A DNA stretch of 64,000 nucleotides, from assembly GCF_001194135.2 (NCBI RefSeq), contig NC_069000.1:42814328-42878327 (forward strand). Direction: 5' to 3'. Both the position numbers and the translations under genes were made by a program. Source of the DNA: Octopus bimaculoides (Eukaryota). Each line of letters begins with the position of its first letter. Position 1 is the first letter of the stretch. This document shows positions 41,731 to 53,544 of the stretch, one piece after another. The notes under the pieces are model-generated. The model was not told the origin of the DNA, ran no database searches, and worked only from the letters and a program-made list of their open reading frames with translations.

Positions 41731-41961
41731 NNNNNNNNNNNNNNNNNNNNNNNNNNNNNNNNNNNNNNNNNNNNNNNNNNNNNNNNNNNNNNNNNNNNNN
41801 NNNNNNNNNNNNNNNNNNNNNNNNNNNNNNNNNNNNNNNNNNNNNNNNNNNNNNNNNNNNNNNNNNNNNNNNNNNNNNNNNNNNNNNNNNNNNNNNNNNN
41901 NNNNNNNNNNNNNNNNNNNNNNNNNNNNNNNNNNNNNNNNNNNNNNNNNNNNNNNNNNNNN

Positions 41962-42615
41962 GGGACGTTGCTGCATTTTTCTTTTCGCTAACTCTGTATA
42001 ATCTTTGTTTCAGAAAATAATAATGGCAGACCCTCAGCTTACTCTAGAAATGAAGTGGCATGCTGTTATTGTGGTTATAAAGGCTGAGCATAGCAATTTA
42101 GTAATATCACGAGTTTTAAAAGTTGCTAAATCTTTCGTCTACAAAGTTTGTAAGGAGCTAGAGACTGAAGATGGAAACGTGTCACTAGTATCAAAGCGCA
42201 AAAATCATTCTAAACGCTCTGAAATCATCAGAACACCTGAATTTATGCAGCAAGTTCAACAGACCATTGATTATAATCCCAGAAAGTCCATGAGGTCAAT
42301 TGCAAAAGTTCTCCATGTGTCAGAATGAAGAGAAAAAGCAAAAGAAAATCACTACATCAGGTCTAAAAGGCTCTTAACCAAACTGAAAGATCCAGCAGAA
42401 GAATATTTTCTAATTGAACTTTATGTCCTGGGGTCGATTTGTTCCACTAAAGGCAGTGTTCCAGCATGTCCGCAGTCAAATAAGTGAAACAAGTAAAAGA
42501 AACAAAAATTGATTGAGAAGTTATGCACATTGAACACATGCTAAACATGATAAACACACATAAAAGTGATATTTGCCAGATTTCAATGAAATAGTTGACT
42601 CTGGAACACCCTGTA
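41962..42615 (+). mobile_element. Tc1/mariner (maT/DD37D-like) internally deleted transposon remnant
   Basis: MADPQLTLEMKWHAVIVVIKAEHSNLVISRVLKVAKSFVYKV...RTPEF...NPRKSMRSIAKVLHVSE*, then KAKENHYIRSKRLLTKLKDP in another frame. The right end CACCCTG|TA is at 42607-42615. The subfamily call is from recalled similarity. Confidence 0.8.
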
Positions 42616-43232
42616 TGTATGACAATGATGTCACAGTCGTTCGATGGTGAAAATGAGAATGAATTGAATTAACTCCTGCTAAATTCACGTGAGAATTGCT
42701 GACCCTCTCGTCCACTCAACGTAAAGCTTTAAGCTCAATCAACATGACACAGTCCGAAAGCAAAACTGTACCAACTTGAATTGCAATTCCTGCCTAGCCG
42801 TCGGGATTCCATACTGTTTATTGTCTACACAATTGCACATCGATGTTATGACTTAGCCTGAGGCTGTAGAAAAATTGCATTTGCGAAAGTGTTACACGGT
42901 GGTCTCGAACCTGGTATCTCGCTTTGGCGAAGCGAATTTCTGCACCCGTAGACACACAGTGTCCAAAAAGGTTAAGAAGTTTACTTATATAATGTCAATT
43001 TTGATGTATATTTACATAGATACATGTGTGTGTGTGTGTGCGTATGTATTTGTGTGTGTGTATCTGTGTGTATGGACAGCGTGTGTGCATGTGTGAGGTT
43101 CTGTGTTGGTGGAGAGAGAAAGAGTGATGTTTGTTTTCCACTGACCACGCTACGAGCGGTTCGTGACTTGTCGGGATTGTAATGTATAGCAGATTTATTG
43201 CTTTCAGCACGAACACAGTGTAGCCATGATAC

Positions 43233-43700
<468 letters not shown>

Positions 43701-43775
43701 TGATGTGAGAGAGGAATGAAAATTAGATAGGATTCTCAGAGATACTAGAATACCGTAGGCGATATTAAATTTCAG

Positions 43776-43913
43776 ATGTTTTCCGAAGTCGTTGTTAATT
43801 AGATTTGGTGCCAGGTGTAGGTGTTACAACTCCCTGAGAAACGACAGTGATATGAGAAGACGAAGAGAGGCTGATACAAAGATTATTACCTATAGAAATC
43901 TTCTGTTAAGGAG
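43776..43913 (+). CDS. Candidate exon ending at a strong donor: either 138 nt phase 2-2 (CFPKSLLIRFGARCRCYNSLRNDSDMRRRREADTKIITYRNLLLR) or an 18-nt micro-exon 43896-43913 (KSSVKE)
   Basis: Donor GAG|GTAAGA at 43914; acceptors aaatttcAG (43775) and ttacctatAG (43895); both lengths are multiples of 3. Confidence 0.25.
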
Positions 43914-44221
43914 GTAAGAAACATAACACCTTTCATTTACTAAATGCTCAGGCAAGATAAACAATCTGTTCGACTGTCAGCCATGCTTCTTCATCAGTTT
44001 GATAGTTTTATACGAGTGTGTGTGTGTGGCGGGGGTAGATATGCATGTTATCTTTCAATTTCCCCAATTTTAAATTTTTTGAATAGTTCCTATAAGTAAA
44101 AAGCTAACACTGGGCAGGAATTTTGTACATAATTCCTCTTGAGTTAGCTTTTAGACTAAATTCTGCATGCTGATTTCAAAACAACAGTCAGTTTTCTTCT
44201 ATCATGTGACATATTTATTCA

Positions 44222-45145
44222 TTTTTTTCCTATAAGTACAAGGTCTGAAATTTTGAGAGGAGGGGGCCTAGTAGATTATAACAATTCCAATGAATAAACC
44301 CGGAAGGATGAAAATGAAAGTCATCGACACTGATTCACATCGCCATAGAGAGCCGGAAAAAATGTCAGTAAGCATTTGTCCGACGCGCTAAAGAATTCTG
44401 TCAGTTCACAGCAGTAACTAAAATGATAATTTTTTCTAACACAGGCAGGAGCCATGATAATTTGTAGAGAGATGGGTCCATGTCACTTATTTTATCCGCC
44501 CGAAAGAATGAAAGACAGGGTCGACCTCAGTTGAATCGGAATTCGGAATGGAATGAACCTGAAGAAAAGACGCTAAGCATTTTGTTCAACGCTCTAACGA
44601 TTCTACTAACTGATCACCACATCATTATTATTTCTGAAAATAATGATAATCGTTTCTACTCTAGGCACAAGGCCCGAAATTTTTGGGGAAGGAGGGCAGT
44701 CGATTAGATGGCCTCCAATATGCAACAGGTACATAAATCATCGACTCCGAAAGGATGAAAGGCAAAGTCGAATTTGAACTCCGAACGTAAAGATAGACGA
44801 AATACCTATTTCTTTATTTCCCACAAGGGGCTAAACATAGAGAGAACAAGCAAGGACAGACGAACGGATTAAGTCGATTACATCGACCCCAGTGCGTAAC
44901 TGGTACTTAATTTATCGACCCCGAAAGGATGAAAGGCAAAGTCGACCTCGGCGGAATTTGAACTCAGAACGTAACGGTAGACGAAATACCGTTAAGTATT
45001 TCGCCCGGCGTGCTAACGTTTCTGCCAGCTCGCCGTCCCTAAAAATAATCTTTTCGACTCTAAGCACAAGGCCTGAAATTTTGGGGGAGGGGGCCAGTAG
45101 ATTAGATCGACTGGTACGCAACTAGTACTTTATTTATCGACCCTT
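44222..45145 (-). mobile_element. Head-to-tail cluster of five tRNA-derived SINE family A copies or fragments; best copy 44808-45038
   Basis: Head GGCGAGCTGGCAGAA(A/T)CGTTAGCAC, B box GAGTTCAAATTCC, central GCCTTTCATCCTTTCGGGGTCGATAAATTAAGTACCAG resembling the Deu/Nin SINE domain. Confidence 0.9.
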
Positions 45146-45677
45146 TTAAAAAAAAAGTGATAATGTATAATCATTAATAAACATCATTAATAATAGCGAA
45201 CTGCTTTAAACTCTGACAACTTAAATTTGTTTCTATGAAAAACAAGGATGTACAGATGTAAAAATCAAAATTAATGTTTTTATATATTATTTTTATATTA
45301 TTCATACATATCAAAATTATAATATAGATTTATCATATAATGTAAATATATTTTTTCATTTTAAAAACAAACGAAATATTTTTATAAATAACAGAAAATG
45401 CACTTTTATTCTTCAGATTCGAAAATGCAGTTTTATTCTTCATATTCGTAAATGCACAAGGATTTTTCTTTATATATCTAATTGCTTTTCTTAAAAGGTT
45501 TATAGCAAATATGTAAATCTCTTAGCCTTATTTTGTTTCTGATTAAAGGCAAAATAGCCCATTAAGTTTTCTTGCTTTCGTTTCTTTTCGTTTTTTTGCT
45601 TATTGTTATTATTATTATTATTATTGTTGTTGTTGTTGTTGGTTGTTGTTGTTGTTGTTGTTTTTTCTCTCTATCAG

Positions 45678-45711
45678 GTTTTGTTGGAGCTCCAGGAGTC
45701 TCGAGTACGTA
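45678..45711 (+). CDS. Candidate 34-nt exon (phase 0 to 1: VLLELQESRVR)
   Basis: Very strong acceptor ttttttctctctatcAG and donor GTGAGA at 45712. Frame is ambiguous, and an alternative donor GTACGT lies at 45705. Confidence 0.3.
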
Positions 45712-45857
45712 GTGAGATTTTGCTAGTCTCCGACTCCGCCACGCTCTGCCGTTTGTGCTCATACCACGCTCTGCCTCTCTAGCCCCCACTTCTCGCACGT
45801 TTTCCAATTTAGCACTTCAGCTACCTGGTCGTGTCACCACAACTTTTAGTGGTTTTG

Positions 45858-46046
45858 GACAAGTTAGAAGATAGATAGACAAAGTAAAATTTAGTTGCCA
45901 ACATAATGTGGCATTCCTAATTAGGACAAATGTCACTGTTATTTACTAACAGTTATTTCTTGGAGCTAAATAAAATTGACATCCGCCCAAATCAGGACTG
46001 CCACATTATGTTGGCTAATAATCTTTACTGTTTATTGAACTTGTCT
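45858..46046. mobile_element. Older MITE-like inverted repeat
   Basis: Perfect 17-bp inverted core GCCAACATAATGTGGCA (45897-45913 / 45999-46015) within ~50-bp imperfect arms, plus outer GACAAGTT/AACTTGTC. Confidence 0.7.
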
Positions 46047-46351
46047 ATTAATTTAGGGTTACATGAGTGCTAAAAACCGTAAGGTGACTGAAGAATAATA
46101 GTGCTGTAGAATGTTTTGCAATATTCAGTTATCTGAGCCATTCTCTTGTTGTGCTCGACTATCTCTGAATATCTTGGTTATGTCCTTTAACTACGAAAGT
46201 CTTGATAAATATCTAGAGTACAGCTTCTGAATGTTTCTTGTTCAGAGATTTAGAAATAATAATTTTTTTCTATTCAATGAATAATACTTATTTAGATTTT
46301 TTAATGTGAAAATGAATGTGCTAAGTATAACATGGAATTACCACTTGTCTG

Positions 46352-46695
46352 TGGAGGCGCAATATCCCAGTGGTTAGGGCAGCGAATTCGCGGTCATAGG
46401 ATCGCGGTTTCGATTCCCAGACCGGGCGTTGTGAGTGTTTATTGAGCGAAAACACCTAAAGCTCCACGAGGCTCCGACAGGGGATGGTGGCGAACCCTGC
46501 TGTACTCTTTCACCAGAACTTTCTCTCGCTCTTACTTCCTGTTTCTGTTGTGCCTGTAATTCAAAGGACCAGCCTTGTCACACTGTGTCACGCTGAATAT
46601 CCCCAAGAACTACATTAAGGGTACACGTGTCTGTGGAGTGCTCAGCCACTTGCACGTTAATTTCACGAGCAGGCTGTTCCGTTGATTGGATCAAC
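46352..46695 (+). mobile_element. SINE family C (tRNA-Arg-like head, long tail), truncated by a gap
   Basis: TGGAGGCGCAAT..CCCAGTGGTTAGGGCAGCG..GGTTTCGATTCCC head; tail GTGTCTGTGGAGTGCTCAGCCACTTGCACGTTAATTTCACGAGCAGGCTGTTCC. Tail-only copies at 6724-6838 (-) and 30467-30575 (+). Confidence 0.9.
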
Positions 46696-47119
46696 NNNNN
46701 NNNNNNNNNNNNNNNNNNNNNNNNNNNNNNNNNNNNNNNNNNNNNNNNNNNNNNNNNNNNNNNNNNNNNNNNNNNNNNNNNNNNNNNNNNNNNNNNNNNN
46801 NNNNNNNNNNNNNNNNNNNNNNNNNNNNNNNNNNNNNNNNNNNNNNNNNNNNNNNNNNNNNNNNNNNNNNNNNNNNNNNNNNNNNNNNNNNNNNNNNNNN
46901 NNNNNNNNNNNNNNNNNNNNNNNNNNNNNNNNNNNNNNNNNNNNNNNNNNNNNNNNNNNNNNNNNNNNNNNNNNNNNNNNNNNNNNNNNNNNNNNNNNNN
47001 NNNNNNNNNNNNNNNNNNNNNNNNNNNNNNNNNNNNNNNNNNNNNNNNNNNNNNNNNNNNNNNNNNCAAACTGCGTTTCGAAATTATAAAAAACATATGT
47101 GTGCCATCTGGAATGCCAT

Positions 47120-47540
47120 CTTTTTTTTTTCTTTGTTTCAGTCACTGGACTGTGGCCATGTTGAAGCAATACCTTGAGGGGTTTAGTCGAGCAAATAGAC
47201 CCGTGTATTTAACTTCAACTCTTATACTATCGACCTCTTTTTTTCCTAAACGTTAACTTGCATAAGAAAACTAACACCGGTTGCTATGCAGTTATTGCAT
47301 ACACACACACACACGAAGACACACGCACACATACATACACTCATACACACACGCACACAAACACGCACGCTCATACACATCCTCACATGTCGATCTTCTT
47401 TGAGTCTCCCTCCACCAATTGCACTGACAAGTTCTGGGTTGGCCCGACGCTACAGCAGAGGAGGTTTGTTCAAGATGGCATATACTGGAACCCGAAACCA
47501 TGTGGTTGGGGAGCAAACTTTTTACCACACAGCTACACCT
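47120..47540 (-). mobile_element. SINE family B, full length, diverged
   Basis: Same two halves flanking a degenerate CA-rich spacer. Confidence 0.8.
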
Positions 47541-48142
47541 AATATATTGAATTTCATTTTAATAATCTCGGAATAATTCCTCTTTCTAAAAGCTTGAAAT
47601 AATTTTCTCTAAACCTTCATTCCATGACGTTGTCATAGCATATTCAGTGCCTGACAAAGGGAAACCCATCACACACAGTTGTATTTCCATCAATTAAGAT
47701 TTGAATATCATCAACTTCGCTTTTAAATTCTCATCCATAATAAGCCTTTATATCATATACGCTACCGTGGTCCCGCGGCTGAATGAACGATATGTATGAA
47801 AGCAAGAAAATTACTTGGATGTACTTTAATGATAAATTATTCCTCCATGCCTAACAATTTTAAACTAACAGTGGTTTACCTCTATTATACATAATCCTAC
47901 TTAAGTAAGAAGCTTTCGAAAACGTCTGCAGTTATCTCCAGTTGCATTAAACAGTGACGACAAGTTAAAACTCTTGACCCTTATAAAGCTACGATTTTTA
48001 CATTTCCATTCCATTAAAGCTCACGTTTCTGTGCTTTCCTATCAATTGATACATAGAATTGCCCACTTTCATCCATATTAGCGCCACAAAGACTTTTGGC
48101 ACTTATCATGTAAATTCTTTAGCGTTAATAATTTTAAACCGA

Positions 48143-48565
48143 AAGGCGGCGAGCTGGCAGAGTGGTTAGCACGCCGGGCGAAGTACTTAGCGGTATTTCC
48201 TCTGTCCTTACGTTCTGAGTTCAAATTCCGTCGAGGTCGACTTTGCCTTATTTCCTTCCGGAATTGATAAATTAAGTACCACTTGCGTACTGCGGTCGAT
48301 ATAATCGACTGGCCTCCTCCCCCAAAATTTCGGGCCTTGAGCCTAGAGTAGAAAAGAATCGTTAGCACACCGGGAAAAATGTTTTCGTCTGTGCTACGTT
48401 CTAAGTTCAAATTCCGCCGAGGCCGACTTTGCCTTTTATCTTTTGGGGGTCGATTAAATAAGTACCAGTTGCGCACTGGGGTAGATGTAACCGACTTAAT
48501 ACCTTTGTCTGTCCTTGTTTGTCCCCTCTATGTTTAGCCCCCCCCCCTTTGGGCAATAAAGAAAT
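48143..48565 (+). mobile_element. Two fused SINE family A copies
   Basis: The first copy ends ...AGTAGAAAAGAATC and runs straight into GTTAGCAC of the second, which has the alternative tail ...TTTAGCCCC..GGGCAATAAAGAAAT. Confidence 0.9.
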
Positions 48566-49999
48566 GAATATTTTCAAACAGATAAGTGTACTCACGCATT
48601 GCACGCAAAGAAATCCTATTTGAACAACGTTGTAAATATTCTCAGAAGAATATTTAGTAATAAAGTTTATGCTACTTTGTTTTACACCATATTTCAGCAG
48701 ATAAAATAAAAACCACCGTTTCCTTTCTCACCTTAGACGTGCTTGTAAACAGTATTCTCTCGTTGCGTTCTTCCTTGTTATCTGTTAAACCATCCATTTG
48801 TTGGTGTGAAATTTTCTTTCCCAGTTTATTTTGCAAACTCTTATGAATGTTGACAAATCACTGGAAAAATAAACATTATCAGCTGTAGATTTTCTCGTAC
48901 AAAACCAAAAAATATTTTCGACACTGATTCGATTTGACTAAACTTCTAAAATGCTAGAGTCGTTGTATTCTTGGATGGAGTACCTCACCATATTTCTCAT
49001 TTCTCTCTGAAATCTGAGTTCAAACGCCACCGAAGTCATACCTCGTTTCCTTCCTGTTAAATGCAAATGTACTGAGAGAAAGCATTGGATGTTGGAGTAA
49101 ATAATTTGTAGTGTGTGTTTTAGTCTTTAATTTCTGAAAGTAACGACTGCGACGACAATAACGAACTCTGTCGATCGAAGTCGGAGCCTTTCCCTTCGGT
49201 AAACATTAATTCAAGGAGACTTGCATACATATGCTACTACTAGTCTTCAAAACCTCCCACTCAGTTTGCACATATATGTTCCGATGCATAACCATCAACA
49301 CTGACCGACCGAAGGCTTCACCAAACGCTAATGTCTTATTTATTTTCTTTTAAACAACATCAGAGCCCTTTAAATAAATTTTACACTCTAGCGGACAAGC
49401 AAATTTTCATTTCATTTATTGGGGAAAATATCATGGCTATACATCAGTTTAGTTAAACTTTTTTGTCCATTAGAGCGTGAAGTTTCAGTTTCTTAAGTAC
49501 TGCAACCAACACGGCGGGGTGTGTTTTAAGGATATAATGTTTACAAAACACAATTATTTTTGTGCGTAGGATTTTCTGACAGTCCATACGAGAGCAAAAA
49601 AACCACGACTGATGTTCTACCTGGAACTCACTCCGAGCGATAAGTACGATTGTTGCAGATGCGTATTATCAGACTATTGATCGATGTTATATGTCACTGG
49701 TCAAATTCTTTCTTTAATACGCCCTACTTTTCAATTTTGGCCCAAATTGTTTCACTAAATCCTCTTCCCATTATCGTAGGTGGCCTTCCAAATATTTTTT
49801 TTTACCTTTGGCAACAGAATTAGTTGATTTGCTGGTTGTGATTTTACGACGTGTCTGTCCCAGTCGAAAATGCGTTTCTGGTTATGTAATATGATCTCAT
49901 AAATTAAAGGAATACTGATCATGGTTTGCTTGAAAATTTTGGCCAAGATTTTCGGAGTTTGTTATCCAACAAATTGAATCAAATTAAAATCAAATTAAT

Positions 50000-50214
50000 A
50001 GTTTCAAATTTTGCAACAAGGGTAGCTAATTTGAGGGAATGGCTAAGTCGATTAAATAGAGCTCAGTGTTCAACTAATACTTATTTAATCGACCCAGAAA
50101 GGATGAAAGGCAAAGTCAACATCGACGGAATTTGAACTCAAGACGTAGTGGCAGACGAAATACCGCTAAACTTTTCGCCCTGAGTGCTAACGATTCTGCC
50201 AGCTCGCCGCCTTA
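50000..50214 (-). mobile_element. SINE family A copy
   Basis: CGACCCAGAAAGGATGAAAGGCAAAGTC...CTGCCAGCTCGCCGCCTTA. More fragments lie near 575-650, 9458-9560, 15630-15680, 35084-35185, 51040-51210 and 54655-54725. Confidence 0.85.
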
Positions 50215-50257
50215 CAAATTGATATCAGATTAATAAACCCATTACTACCAGAGTGAA

Positions 50258-50560
50258 GGCGCATGGCACAGGGGTTCAAGTGTCACGTTCACAGTTATGA
50301 GGTAGTGAGTTCAAATTACTGTGTTGTGTTCTTGAGAACTATATTTTATTTCACGTTGATCCAGTTTATTCATCAGTAGAAATGAGTTGCGACGTCATTT
50401 GTTCCAACCTGTATTTCTCTCTGCCTTCGGAGGCGTGGAGAGGCGATACTGGTATGCATGGGTGACTGCTGATCTTACAGAAATGACCTTACCTGGACTA
50501 GTACCTCGGAGGGAAAATTTCTAGGTGCAATCTCATGTTCATTCATGCCCACAGTGGGAG
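50258..50560 (+). mobile_element. SINE family E (tRNA head, CORE-like segment, distinct tail)
   Basis: AAGGCGCATGGCACAGGGGTT..GAGTTCAAAT..GTGTTGTGTTCTTGAG..TTTCACGTTGATCCAG..GAAATGAGTTGCGACGTCA. Confidence 0.7.
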
Positions 50561-50751
50561 GAGGGATTTTCACCCTTTTTTTTACTGTCAAGAGGTAGAA
50601 TCAATAGTAAAACATCATTAACTCCACCTCGAGCACATCGCACGATCCCTTCTCCGCCACCACTGTGTGCTGCACAACGAGCTCGAACAATTATAAATTT
50701 ACACTTTACATGTTCGTGTAACTAACGAGTATATTGTTTTGATCTCTTTAG

Positions 50752-50781
50752 CTATAATGAGCAATATATTTGTTGGAGCAG
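50752..50781 (+). CDS. Candidate 30-nt symmetric micro-exon (phase 1-1: IMSNIFVGA(G))
   Basis: Strong acceptor tattgttttgatctctttAG, donor CAG|GTGCGC, phase-compatible with the 51680 exon. A phase 2-2 reading (YNEQYICWS) is also open. Confidence 0.35.
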
Positions 50782-51679
50782 GTGCGCAGTGACTCACTTG
50801 AGAATTTTAATAATATTTTCATCATTGTCTCTAATATGCGAGCGATGTTTAATTAATTCTAAATTGCATAGGATCCACTACTTTTATAACAATAGCATTT
50901 CTAAAATATATTCAATAGTTATACTGGTGTCATCGTTCTCTTGACGTGTGTTTGTTTTTCAGTGAATGCATATCTGTATGCGAATGCTGTGTTTATATAA
51001 TTACTATATCATTTTAAAAAATTGGTAGAAGGCCAGCAATTGAAGGGGACAAAGCCGGTTTAATCAAACCCCAACACTCATTTGGTAATTATATTATTGA
51101 TCCCCAAAACACAAAAGCCAATCAAGGCAGTGATTGAACTTGTAACGTAAGCAGACGAAATGTCACTAGCAATTTTACTTGGCATGCTAACGGTTCTGCC
51201 ATGATGCCACCTTATGTTTGTAGCTAATATATTAGCTTGGCACATATCTAGTTTAAGTTTGATAATATAGGTGATCAAATATTCTAATAATATACCATTC
51301 ATGGCTGTTTCAGCGTTCGAATCCTGCAGGCGTTGTTGGAATATTTTCTGATCTTCTCCTTTATTTCATATATATTATGCATCATAATATTGTGTGGACT
51401 GAGTCCCTAGTTCGAAGATCATTAGTATGTCATTATAACTTTTTAAGCAAGCGTAGTTATTTGGGCGCTCAAAATTTGTGAAAAAGTCTTGGTGCAAATA
51501 TAGATTTTACAGCATACGAGTTGTCAGAATAACACAGGTGATGAAGACGTCCGACATTTCATGTGTGTGTGTGTGTGTGCGTATGTATGTATTGTGTGTG
51601 CGCGTATGTGTATATGTATATATATATATGAAATTATAATTAAGGGCATACAAAAAAATTCTTGCCTATATGCTGACAG

Positions 51680-51800
51680 GAGACGCTCAATCGTGGAACC
51701 ACATTAAATATGATCACGTCGAAATCGAGGGAACAAGCCAACGGAAATTCCTAAAAATCTCTGGATTTCGATGCGTGTGTAAAAATAATAGTGACACTAT
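51680..51800 (+). CDS. Probable internal coding exon (121 nt, phase 1 to 2): (G)DAQSWNHIKYDHVEIEGTSQRKFLKISGFRCVCKNNSDT
   Basis: Acceptor cttgcctatatgctgacAG, consensus donor AT|GTAAGT. Only the phase-1 frame is open across the exon, and it joins the next exon in frame (AT+G = Met). Confidence 0.6.
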
Positions 51801-52144
51801 GTAAGTGGTTCGACGATTTAGCCTCTCCTTTCAGCATATTGGCAAGAATTTTGTTCTGCGCCCTTAATTATAATTCTATTTATGATTTCACATTAATAGC
51901 TCTATTTTTTATGTGTTGGCCACTGATGAAATTTTTAACAATTTTATCCTTTTATGTTATAGTTGAATAAATTCCAATCTGCAATTCTTCAGGCAAAGAA
52001 TAACGAATTACTTTTTAATCCTTTTCTGAAGTGTTACGGACAGGAAATTCTATACGTCCTTTTCTACATGTATACCTTTGTAACTCCTGTTCTGTAACGA
52101 AAAACGCGTAATATTAATTTTAAAATATACCAAATTTCCCCTAG

Positions 52145-52301
52145 GTGTGTGAGTGGAATATTTGATGAAGTGGGCCTCTCGGGGAAATCACGATTCGGGC
52201 ATGCGTATGACATGTCTAAAACATATCAAGAGATGTGTGTGTCGTGTGGAGATGATGCTACTGTGTTCGTCTACGTTCGTAATCCTTGCTTCGACAGATG
52301 A
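52145..52301 (+). CDS. Probable terminal coding exon: (M)CVSGIFDEVGLSGKSRFGHAYDMSKTYQEMCVSCGDDATVFVYVRNPCFDR*
   Basis: Acceptor aaatttcccctAG. The only long open frame (51 codons, TGA at 52299-52301) is the one required by the upstream exon; the other two frames stop within 7 codons. GC is visibly above the flanks. Intron is 344 nt. Confidence 0.65.
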
Positions 52302-53009
52302 TTGAAACAAACTATTGGAAGTATTCGGTGATAAACGACTACAGAATATAAACATGCCAGTTTAATGTGATTCTCATTTGTATCTACACTGAAAAGAATA
52401 ACTGCAGACAGCCCGGTAGACAAGAATCTTAGTATAAAGTATACCAAGCTGAGATGTTGGTAAAACGAAAGTATCTTTCTTGAACCACCCAAACGAATAG
52501 CAGCTTGTCTGAGCAGGTTTTAAACCTCAACCTTCAGACAACTTTCAATCGAAACAACGCTACCTCGTTTTCTGAATTAGATATTGTTTGGCTAGCTCTA
52601 TTGGTGGTACAGAAATAAGAGAGGATAGTTGATGTTAAAGTGTAGTATTGACTTATTCATTGTCATCTGCGCATTAACTTCCGTGTCAATTGTTTTGCAA
52701 TCTGTAGCGGAAGCCGAGTGCCGACATAACAGAATGTAAATCTAACAGACTGAAGTTATTATCCTACAACAGGACATTGAACTTTACAAATCTAGCCTTG
52801 GCGATTGGTTTCCATTTTGTTGATGTTCAAAAACTTCAGTTTCTTTCCAGCTAGAAATTAATAGGGAGAGTGCATCTTTCTGAATCGTTCTTTGAAAAAG
52901 AGTGCTGTTGAATAAGTCATTGAGCAATACATACCAGGGAAACAGTCTTGTATCATCCTCGATTTTACAGTATTCAGATTTCATATTAATATAAGTATAT
53001 ATACGTGTC

Positions 53010-53079
<70 letters not shown>

Positions 53080-53512
53080 TGTCTGTCTGTCTGTCTGTGA
53101 GTGTAGGTGTACATGTGCAAGTATATATATATATATATATGTATATTATATACATATACATATATGTATAGATATATAAATACACTTACACANNNNNNNN
53201 NNNNNNNNNNNNNNNNNNNNNNNNNNNNNNNNNNNNNNNNNNNNNNNNNNNNNNNNNNNNNNNNNNNNNNNNNNNNNNNNNNNNNNNNNNNNNNNNNNNN
53301 NNNNNNNNNNNNNNNNNNNNNNNNNNNNNNNNNNNNNNNNNNNNNNNNNNNNNNNNNNNNNNNNNNNNNNNNNNNNNNNNNNNNNNNNNNNNNNNNNNNN
53401 NNNNNNNNNNNNNNNNNNNNNNNNNNNNNNNNNNNNNNNNNNNNNNNNNNNNNNNNNNNNNNNNNNNNNNNNNNNNNNNNNNNNNNNNNNNNNNNNNNNN
53501 NNNNNNNNNNNN

Positions 53513-53544
<32 letters not shown>

